Origin: Phoronis australis
Taxonomy: Eukaryota; Animalia; Phoronida
NCBI GenBank assembly: GCA_002633005.1
Contig: NMRA01000720.1
Location: 96,727-160,726 of the forward strand
Reading direction: 5' to 3'
Length of the DNA: 64,000 nt
Shown here in pieces: positions 26,001-38,000 of this stretch. The notes under the pieces are model-generated. The model saw only the letters and a program-made list of their open reading frames with translations. It ran no database searches and was not told the origin of the DNA. A program made the translations under genes and the position numbers. Position 1 is the stretch's first letter, and every line of letters begins with the position of its first letter.

Positions 26001-29000
26001 ATACAATACGATACAATGCAATGTAATACACTGCAATACACCCTTCTTAGAGTTGCTGAATTTTATTCGGTTGGTTTTGAACTGCTCGGAATTCAAAGTC
26101 TAGATAAGATTTTATAACTTTTCAAAAATTTCTGCTGACTGATGTTATTCCACAAGCATATTGAGATCATGAGTGTTTGATTGTGACTATTTTTGATTTT
26201 TCTGGGACACCAATAATTTTTTCCGTATTATAGAATGCAAGTACACCTTTGGGGATTTTACGTAATCCATTTACGACAAAAGATCAGTAAATTTGAATAC
26301 TTTAGTAAGTGTGTTTCCTCTCCTCATCATTGAGTGGAGAATATTTCCACTGACTTTCAAACAAATCATCCTATTGGTCATGAAAAATGATGTACAACTA
26401 AACATCTAGTACTCACCCTCTGCAACATAGCATATTTGACTTCAATGTTAAAGCCAATATGACTGTCGAGGTGTTCAAATGCCTGTCGCAAAGTTGGGAA
26501 TGGCCGGTGATCACTGGGGTCCTCCATGGTGTCTACAAAAACGACCAATCATATCAAACATTACAAATGAATTGAGTGAATAACATCGTTTTTACTTAGA
26601 AAGGAACAGCGTACTTATAGATGACCATTGGTTTGTACTGACCACACATATTTATTTTAAAACCCTTTCAACTTGCAGGAAAATGATTTTTGCAAAGACA
26701 TTTTTCATCTTGGGCAAAACATGACTGACTACATCAAAATGTTGACAGGTGGCTGTGTTAAGGTTGCTAAAGCAACACTTGCCCTTCACTTCACACAACT
26801 GTGTGTTTGACAGCTGGGATGTGTGAGACACCTGTAACTGCTGAAGTTGATCAAACGTCAGATCTCGAACAGGAACTTGGAACAACTCCACCTCGGACAG
26901 ATTAGACTTCTAGAAAACAGCAAAGTAAAACAACCGCATTAGTTCCATTTATTTTAAAAACATTCTTTATAGTCGGGGAAAGCCTGCTGTCTAGTAATAA
27001 TGTGATTGTATCAAAGCAATCGAGTAATGGATCCTAACACATTTCTAGCCAAGACAGTTCACATGGCATTAAACTCCCCCTCCATATGCCACAGTTCACA
27101 TGGCATTATCCCCCAAACTCAGCCATTCAGGATAAATAAGAAAACAAGAAATTTTAATCTGTCAGTCTTTGACTGAGCCAAACATACATGAGCCAACAAT
27201 GTAGATGCTTGAATATCTAACTCAATGTTTTGCTCTATTAGCTCCAGACAAGTACAGGTAAGAAGTGTGAGGCGAGTACAGGTGAGCATTGCGTGGTGAG
27301 TACAGGTGAGCATTGTGTGGTGAGTACAGGTGAGCATTGTGTGGTGAGTACAGGTGAGCATTGTGTGGTGAGTACAGGTGAGCATTGTGAGGTGAGTACA
27401 GGTGAGCATTGTGTGGTATCTGGCAGCTTTTTACCTGTATCCACACTTATGATGATGCAGTATAGCCAATAAAAATGAAGATTCATGCCAGGTGTTTCAG
27501 GCAATCAGTCCAACCTATTCAGCCTGTATATGACCGTTGCAATTTGGGCATTGACCAGCAAATTTCTTTATGAAGTGTTAAAACCATCATTTATATTGCT
27601 TTGACAAGTAACAACATAGTCAACAACATTCATCATTCCTCAACAACACTTACATATCACATTCATGAATCCAAAATCACAAATTGAGAATATAGAAGAA
27701 AAGTGACTTCATTTGAAAGTGCTTGAGGGAGTTCTTATCTGACAGCTGTCGACTGGAGGGGTTGGTTTTTTGTATTTTTGACATGAAACTGGTGATTTTA
27801 AGCACTTCAATAAAAACAAAACAGATTGATTTACAAATGATTAAATACCTTCTTCATTGCAGTTATTTTTCAACCTTAGAAAGTTATTTTTGATGTTGAT
27901 CAAAATTAGCTTTAGAAGGGATTTTTTATACCAGCAAACAGAAGTTGAAGACACCTTCTAATCTTGATCCATGAAACATGAATATTATCAACAAAACTAA
28001 AACGAAAATCTAAATTTGTATGGTGGATTGGAACACTACAAAAGATGTGTCACTAAAAACGAAAATCTACATGTATGGTGGATTGAAACATTACACAAGA
28101 TGTGTAACTTTCCCAGCTTGACCATCTGAACTACACCACACCCTGTTATTAACACAACACACCCTGTTATTAACACAGCACACCCTGTTACTAACACAGC
28201 ACACCCTGTTACTAACACAACACACCCTGTTACTAACACAGCACACCCTGTTACTAACACAACACACCCTGTTACTAACACAGCACACCCTGTTACTAAC
28301 ACAACACACCCTGTTACTAACACAGCACACCCTGTTACTAACACAACACACCCTGTTACTAACACAGCACACCCTGTTACTAACACAACACACCCGCCAT
28401 GTTTAACGTGTGAAAGCATAGTTTTACTTACCCTTCTCATGGTCAGACAAACGGTGAAATCATGATAAATAACTGGTACAAGATCCTTGGACAACTGGAC
28501 ATCAAACTCGACCATGTCAGCACCCTACAGTACAAACATTGGCTGAGTACTTCATGGACTAACTATATAAACAGACGGCAATTTGCAGTAAAGTTTAATT
28601 AAAGAAAATATTATTAATTAAATGAAATACTTTGTGACAGTTGCCCTGTACTCTTGAGAAAGAGCTGCTGAAGACATACAAATTCATTCCCATTTGTCTT
28701 TGTCAAATATCAATATTTGACAACCACAAATTCAATTTTGCCAAATTGCCCTTTAAATTGGAGAAGTTTTACAACTCCTAGCTCTATACAGAGAGAAAGA
28801 AAGAGAGAGAGAGAGCTACCCCATGCAGGCATGTTTCCTGTCATTGATGGTGCTTGACTGAACATTGTATTTTTGAACTTGAAAAATCCTCTGATAGTGT
28901 ACAACAGCAAGAATAGGATACACTTACATAACAATTAATATGGATACTTGTAACACATATTTTACATACAAGTTTAACTTATCCTATTTCAAAGTCTCTA

Positions 29001-32000
29001 ATTTAATTTTATCTATTGTGACATTATAGTCAATAGTAAAATCGTACCAATTCAGAATGCAATGTAAAAAATACAGGGAGTGAGAGTGATCACATGATCA
29101 CAACAAACTTACATGACTGCCCGCTATAGCAAGCGATGCTATTGAGTTTTCTCGTACAGTGTTCAGTCTGGAAGTGAATGGAATCAAAATTTAGATATTC
29201 AATATTCAATATTCAATATTCAATACAAACAAGTCAGGTACTGACATCCAATAGTGCAGCCAAACACGACATTTTGTTTCACGCATTGTTTTGGATGTTT
29301 TCAACAAGAATGAATGGCCGCAGTCAAGAGTGTAATGCAATACCCTTAGGACTGTTGCGATCACAAAAATTCAAAAACAAACTAGTGTTTCTGGTTACAT
29401 AAACACGTGTTGCACTTTTCTCAATAACAGTGATAGATGCGTCAGTTTTCTTCAGTGTCAATGTGTAACATACTTACAACAACATTTGTCGCATAGTCAC
29501 ATTTCGGGCTTAGAGGGGGTAATTAGTCTACATAGTGGCTCACAAGTTTGCTGAGGGTTGGAAACCATGCGCGCAGCTCGCACACAACAGGCCTTTTCGA
29601 ATTGACCTACAAGCTTAACAAAGGCTTTATGGTTCTGGCTGAGGAGATAATTGTTTTAAAAGCCTCTATGAGCTTTGAATCCCTGCACTCCCCCAAACCC
29701 CTTCCCCCGATGCAAAATGCAAATAAAACTAATGGTTAAATACAGCAACATTGTTTTTAACCTGTTACTTACTCCTTAGAAGTATAGGATGATCCCATGC
29801 CTCTGTGACCCACATCCAGGGGGCGCCGGTGTTTCTTCCAGTGTCGAGCATAGGACACCTGCATTGTCTGAGGTAGGTCGAGTATAGGCTTGATGATCAG
29901 GTATTCCACTGGCAGGGGAGACAATTGGATGATCTTGTGAATTTTGGCTTGATGCGATTTGTTTATTTTACAAATAAAAGAATAAAAAATGCAAACATGT
30001 GAAAATTTTAGAATTAAATATAGAACATGCACCTTTATGGGATGACATTTATATTTATTTATTACGAGGGTGGCCTCTTCAGTGTCAGCACTGCTTTCCA
30101 GAAAGGTCTTCAACAACAAAAGTAGTAAAGCAAGAATTAAATAATAGAATTTTTGTCTGCAATCGGGTTCATTTACAAAAGACTTATACACAGTATTCAT
30201 GACTGACTTACAAGTGACCTGTCCTATGGGTCTGTGTTTGAAGCCACTAATGGGTACTGTCTTCCTGCCGAAGGTCTCCTTGAAGTTGACAGGGAGCAGG
30301 TAGGCATACCCTATGTGCGTTGGTGGGTCCGAGTCAGAGCCATGGACATAGAAATCTATGGTAAAACCCTGTAAGGTAGTGAAACGCATTGGCTGAATGA
30401 GAAACTATATAATTCAAGGATTAAACTCCAAATAGAAAATATCCTCACCCTTGATAAAATTTGTTAGTAGAAGTTCTATAAAGTAAAGAACTTGGTTTCC
30501 AAATCTGCACATGATGTATTGCTAACTGAGCAGAGAAATAAATCAAACATGGGATTTTCAATAAGTGGATTTCATGCATAGTTATTAAATTTGCACGGAT
30601 CATTTATGAATTGCACAATCTTAGCACTCTTTCACAGCTTAGAATATTCAATGCTTAACTCGTAAAATGTGCATGACAGAGTGAATAACAACCTTCTATG
30701 ACACATACTAGCAACATAGCCAGAAACGTGAAAAAATGAACCCTTTCCTGGTTGACACAACTTACCGTAAACTCAGGCTGAAACGTCTGAGTCTTGAACG
30801 TAATGAAGCCACCTTTGTGCCACTCAACTCCGTACTCTCCCTGCAACCTGCTCACAGCCAAGTCGTGCTGACTTAAACACTGCCAATGTCAGATATCATT
30901 AACATAAATTAAGATGACATCTCAACACTTCTCAACAGTGGCATGCACCAAGTACACACAAATATATGAGACTAGTGACGCTGACAGTATGTGCACACTA
31001 CTTCACTACTTCACTACTTCCCAGCATGAGGCAATATCAATGGTAAAATGGTTCTCAGCCATATAACTCATAAATAAATAAAAAGGAAGAAACATTGACT
31101 TCAATATAAACACACAACAGATGTCAGCACACAACAGATGTCAGCACACAACAGATGTCAGCACAGGGCAGATGTCAGCAACAATCAACTGGGGGCAATT
31201 CTGATCACTTCCACAATTTTCGAGATCTTATTAGCAGGATTTTGAAGGAATTTTAAATCATTCCTAGTCGCATTTACAAATTTAAAGTAACACTTCTTTC
31301 CTGATTTAACCTAAACATGCATCAACATTAATTTGATTGTCTAAATTACATCCGGCCACGACATCTGATGCAACAAAACACAGCCAATTATACCTGCTAT
31401 AATATCTGATGCAATACAACACAGCCAATCATACCTGCCATGACATCTGCTGGTACACAACACAGCCAAGCTACTAATACATGTTAACAAGCTACTTACT
31501 GACACCTCCACTGGTTTCACTCCATTATGTACCATGCTACGGCCAGTGTCTTCGTCGTCGGAGTCTTCGGCATCCTAAAAGATAACAAATGAACCAGCTT
31601 AAATTAAACGGAAATACAGACAGCAGATAATTTTTATGCAATCTTTCATTAAAACAACATCGAGGCCCAGTGTTTCTACTTAAAAATTGGCCAATCACGA
31701 GTCAGGCTATGAGTAAACTTACAAATTTGCTTTCGAATCATGCAGTGCAATTCGTTGAATTCCAGTCCGAGTCAGAGTTCAGTGATTAAATCCTAGGCCT
31801 TGACTTATTGTGTTTAACTAGATGGAAAGCAGACAAAACATAACAGAAACTAATTGAAATTTGGTCATTTTTTGCTTGTTTCCAATATTTCATCAATTTT
31901 TGTGAGAGCGAGTTCCATACACAGGTATAGGGCCATCCTGGATTTCACAGCTTCAGATCTCTCCTCCCACCCGGAGGTAAGAAAGTGCCTTGCTTTCATT

Positions 32001-35000
32001 GGTCTAGTTTCGGAAAGTCAGACCCTTTTCCACAAGTCATGTCGGAATATGAACTTAATATTATGCATCAATGGATACTTATCCAACTTTCTCCCGTTGG
32101 AGATTCAGCCCAGGACACAGTAGTAACACGCTTGCATTGGAAGGTCAGTTAGTGCAATGGAGTTCAAAATAAACTTCTCTATTACAACAACAGACAACAC
32201 TTGGAGATCAAATGGCAGAAAAATGAGGAAACAAAAGCGTTTCTCCGATATTGCAGCATTGTGGGTGTAAACGAGATTCAATCATCGCCGTGTGATCCAG
32301 TACCGCCCTATTGTACTTAATTTGTTAAACGTGGTACAATGGAACACAAAACAGAACATAAAAATTACAACAAAATCTTCCGAAAATCAACTTTGACAAA
32401 CCTACCTCACACTGTGTTTTATCAACTCTGGCCTGTAAATGCACCAGTGACCTAACTTAACCTATGCACAGGCAAGTTTGTTTGATCAAAAGTTGTTAAG
32501 ATTTTTGTTAGATTTTTTAAGATGAATTCATGAGAGAGTTCAATTCAATCAACTATGCATCTGTGGATTAACATGAATGATTTGATAATGACAAAAAAGG
32601 GTTGATAAGAATAAACATTTTCTGTCATCAATAATAATAAATAATAATGATAATAATAATAATAATGATATATTACACGATTTCTTACCATTCAGCATTA
32701 TACATAGCCAAAGTATGAACGCTATGAATGAACAGCCAAGTGGAATGTCACATAATAGTGTGCATTTGTCAGTGACAATAAAATAAGAATAACACAGTGA
32801 TGGTACACTCCATTCATTACTCATCTTTTGTTTTGTTTTCAACATGGCGGTGGTGATACAGTATGCTCAAATTGTTCAAATCATTGAAAAGCAAAATTAA
32901 TCTCATGCCATCTGAAACGTGTCGACATGCTTCTATTTTTATCTAACGCCACCTTGAGGCAAAGGTCTGGATAAAAATGAATCTAGCACAGGCCAGAACC
33001 TGAGAGCCAGATTCTATTTTTGTCCGAAAACCTTTTTCTCAGAACAGTTGGGATACACAACACAAAGTTTGTATATCTTGGGGGCACACCAGATACCTAC
33101 CTGTCTATACTTCAAGTCAATGGGGGTACACCAGATACCTACCTATCTATACTTCAAGTCAATGGGGGTACACCAGATACCTACCTGTCTATACTTCAAG
33201 TCAATGGGGGTACACCAGATACCTACCTGTCTGTACTTCAAGTCAATGAGGGTGCACCAGATACCTACCTGTCTATACTTCAAGTCAATGGGGGTACACT
33301 TGACACTGTACTTCTGCTCATTATAGCGAGGCTTCCACATATCGATGGGATTACTGTGTAGACGGAGGTGCACCTCTGTCTGACCCATTAGCCAGCCACG
33401 GTCCACATTGGAGTAGCCATCTTTGAATGAACATTACATAAAGTTATCACCCTGATGAACAGGTTACATAATTAAATCATTCTGATGAACAGTTATATAA
33501 TTTGATCGTTTTGATGAACAGTTAGTTATCACCGATGATGAACAGTGACATGTGATCACAATGATGAAAAGTTACATAATGCAATCACTTAGATGAACAT
33601 TTTACTTAATCTGATCACTGATGAACAGGAACATGTGATCATTCTGATGAACAGTTACATAATTTGATCATTTTGATGAACAGTTACTTAATGTGATCAC
33701 ATATACTAAGCACACCAACTGGGTCATGAAAAGGATATTACTATAGCTACGCACACATAAAGAATCATTAATACAGTCCAATTTCCATATTTTATAATTG
33801 ATGCGACAATTAAGACGTATTTGCATGCTCCTAACTATGCTTTTGTATAGTAGGAACTAATTGAAAATGCTATCTGAACATCATCTACCCAAAACAAAGT
33901 GCTAAAGTATTCAATGACAACCTGTTAACGTGACAATGAAAAATCTGAACATAAGTGACCTTTGCACTAGTGAAGGATTCTGGGGGCTTACAGTGCCCAC
34001 ACCATGCAGCGTTATTTCACAACACCACATCACGATACCTACTAGATACGGTTGAGTGACTTACAATGGATCACTTTCCACACAGAACTTGTTCTTAAAA
34101 ACATGTGGCAATTTCTAATAAATATAATTCATAATCACATGGTCACCATATGTACTGTTTCTAACTAATATGCGCGCAAGTTCCACTTCAAGGGTATTTT
34201 TATTTAAACGTTCAGAAATATTGCTATGGAAATCAATGCATACAAAAGTTGACCATTAACTCATATTGCAAGACAAAAATTCATACGCAGACCAGTGGAA
34301 CCTTTTGCAACATAGAACAAAAGGTATAATGTGGGAGTAAAATCAGTTACAAGGACAGTTGAAGGTCAGGCAACTTGTGACAGTTGAAGGTCAGGCAACT
34401 TGAGACAGTTGTAGGTCAGGCAACTTGAGACAGTTGTAGGTCAGGCAACTTGTGACAGTTGTAGGTCAGGCAACTTGTGACAGTTGTAGGTCAGGCAACT
34501 TGTGACAGTTGTAGGTCAGGCAACTTGTGACAGTTGTAGGTCAGGCAACTTGTGACAGTTGTAGGTCAGGCAACTTGTGACAGTTGTAGGTCAGGCAACT
34601 TGTGACAGTTGTAGGTCAGGCAACTTGTGACAGTTGTAGGTCAGGCAACTTGTGACAGTTGTAGGTCAGGCAACTTGTGACAGTTGTAGGTCAGGCAACT
34701 TGTGACAGTTGTAGGTCAGGCAACTTGTGACAGTTGTAGGTCAGGCAACTTGTGACAGTTGTAGGTCAGGCAACTTGTGACAGTTGTAGGTCAGGCAACT
34801 TGTGACAGTTGTAGGTCAGGCAACTTGTGACAGTTGTAGGTCAGGCAACTTGTGACAGTTGTAGGTCAGGCAACTTGTGACAGTTGTAGGTCAGGCAACT
34901 TGTGACAGTTGTAGGTCAGGCAACTTGTGACAGTTGTAGGTCAGGCAACTTGTGACAGTTGTAGGTCAGGCAACTTGTGACAGTTGTAGGTCAGGCAACT

Positions 35001-38000
35001 TGTGACAGTTGTAGGTCAGGCAACTTGTGACAGTTGTAGGTCAGGCAACTTGTGACAGTTGTAGGTCAGGCAACTTGTGACAGTTGTAGGTCAGGCAACT
35101 TGTGACAGTTGTAGGTCAGGCAACTTGTGACAGTTGTAGGTCAGGCAACTTGTGACAGTTGTAGGTCAGGCAACTTGTGACAGTTGTAGGTCAGGCAACT
35201 TGTGACAGTTGTAGGTCAGGCAACTTGTGACAGTTGTAGGTCAGGCAACTTGTGACAGTTGTAGGTCAGGCAACTTGTGACAGTTGTAGGTCAGGCAACT
35301 TGTGACAGTTGTAGGTCAGGCAACTTGAGACAGTTGGAAGGTCAGGCAACTTGTGACAGTTGGAAGGTCAGGCAACTTGTGACAGTTGGAAGGTCAGGCA
35401 ACTTGAGACAGTTGAAGGTCAGGCAACTTGTGACAGTTCCTCGTCCAAGCCCATGATCTAGTGGTGGTGCTAGATGCACTTTCCAAGCAGTTCCTCTGTC
35501 TCGCCTGACGAGACTTCTCAGAACTTCTCACCACACACAATACAATACATCAGTGTGACTCCAACATGTCAGGAAGGAAGACACGCACAAAGTGTATAAC
35601 TCAGCACTACAGGCCCAGTGACTGTATTTGGACGCCTTAGTGACATGGGAAGACACACACAAAGTGTATCACTTAACACTACAGGGCCAGTGGCTGTATT
35701 TGGTCGCCTTGGTGACATGGAACACTCACCGAGGCAATGTAGTGCTTGGGAGAGAGTTTTTCGTTTTGCTACGGAGTTTGAAAGGCCGACTGTGTGTATG
35801 AAAGCCAAGACACCGTCAGTGGTGACAAATTTATGTGACCAGACTCATACCTTAGGATGTGGACACATTTCAAGAAACTGGGAAATGACAAAACTGAGAG
35901 AAGAAAATGTCAGTGTACTGAAGAGTGCAACATTGCCTTCACTACTTTCCACAATGTCAAGGTCACTCACCATACTCTCCAAACACACCCTCTTGTTCTC
36001 TTTCTGAAAATAAGAAAAGATAATAACACTGCAAACAATGCATCAAAGCATGTCTTTGTATACCATGCACAATGAGCCATCTCACACGTTGTATATGAGT
36101 ATTTCACACTTTGTCAAAGACATGGTGTTTCTATGCAAAAGGTCTCTTTTCACCACAACCCAGCTATTTAGTTTACTTTAGACTGATCATGAACCAATAA
36201 GGACTCAGCACATCACACAGACTCGGTATATCTAGCACACAGACTAGGAATACTTAGTCAATCCAGAATAAAAATTGTTAATTACAACTATCAATTAATT
36301 TCTTTTTTCACAAATATTGAACGTTATCGTTTCAGATGTGTTTCTCAATTATTACGCTACATCAGCTCAGATGTGTTTCTCAATTATTACGTTACATCAG
36401 CTCAGATCACGTGATTCTCAACTATTACACTACATCCACTCAGCTCAAGCGATTCTCAACTAACTACATCCGCTCAAGTCACGTGACTCTCGACAGATTA
36501 ACGTTAAAGTGGCAATAAGCATGCAACGTGTCGCAAAATCTAACACAAAGTTACGAAATTAGAACTTTATAAATACTAGTTTCTTAAATTTGTGTACTAG
36601 GAACCGAGAACATTACAAGTTTACTTCATCACATCACAGGAATGATTGATAATGAAACGTTCACAGGACTGAGTGATAATGAAACGTTCACAGGACTGAC
36701 TGATAATGAAACGTTCCGATACTTTGCTTTACGTACCTTCCTCCAGTCCACTTAACATACTCAATTTTTGCATGAGGGGCTATCAATAATAGGACTTTTA
36801 TGTTACTTATGGAAAAATCCAAAGTTGAATAAAACAAAAAGAACATGATACATCAGAAGCTGTAAAAGAATTTTTTTAGATTTCACCTTGAACACGTACA
36901 TCAAATAAAATTCGAAACGTTATTGGTACAATGGCTTTGTAACCGATGCTCCTTTACTTTTGCTAAATTTTACAAACAACAGTCATGTGACTCAATTACA
37001 AGCAAGTTGGTAAGAAGCCAAACATTATATTGTCTATTTTTAGAAAATATAATATATTTTCACTGATATAAAATCCATAATTTTGTAAACGCTTGACTAA
37101 ATACACAAGTTGATAAAGTTCCACAGAACATTAACACAAATAAAAGTCAATTTCCAACCATGCTCTCAAACAATGATGAACTGTTCAATATCATTTTTGA
37201 CCATGGTTTCAAACAATAATGAACTGTTCAAACAATAAATTAACGAATTATTCAATACTACTCCGTCCAGAAAACACTTCTCATCATATTTAGGAACAAG
37301 TTAAAAATCAGCTTTCTATAGGCAAGTGGTATACACCCAAAAAGACAGTTTCTTTGACAGATCACAGGTATGATNCTGAGTGATAATGAAACGTTCCGAT
37401 ACTTTGCTTTACGTACCTTCCTCCAGGCCCCTTAACACACTCCATGTTTGCATGAGGGGCTATCAATAATAGGACTTTTATGTTACTTATGGAAAAATCC
37501 AAAGTTGAATAAAACAAAAAGAACATGATACATCAGAAGCTGTAAAAGATTTTTTTAGATTTCACCTTGAACACGTACATCAAATAAAATTCGAAACGTT
37601 ATTGGTACAATGGCTTTGTAACCGATGCTCCCTTACTTTTGCTAAATTTTACAAAAAACAGTCATGTGACTCAATTACAAGCAAGTTGGTAAGAAGCCAA
37701 ACATTATATTGTCTATTTTTAGAAAATATATTTTCACTGATATAAAATCCATAGTTTTGTAAACGCTTGACTAAATACACAAGTTGATAAAGTTCCACAG
37801 AACATTAACACAAATAAAAGTCAATTTCCAACCATGCTCTCAAACAATGATGAACTGTTCAATATCATTTTTGACCATGGTTTCAAACAATAATGAACTG
37901 TTCAATATATTTTCCGACCCTGGTCTCAAACAATAAATTAACGAATTATTCAATACTACTCCGTCCAGAAAACACTTCTCATCATATTTAGGAACAAGTT

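Noticed and set aside
28036-28515. Cys-rich or repetitive ORFs (VTGCAVL, RVCCVSN; also at 27119-27504, 20244-20693, 1845-2213)
   Set aside because: These are translations of intronic or intergenic minisatellites; only 28432-28524 is a real exon.
34354-35438. CRISPR-like array
   Set aside because: No unique spacers, no cas genes, and it lies in a eukaryotic intron. The same applies to the other arrays.
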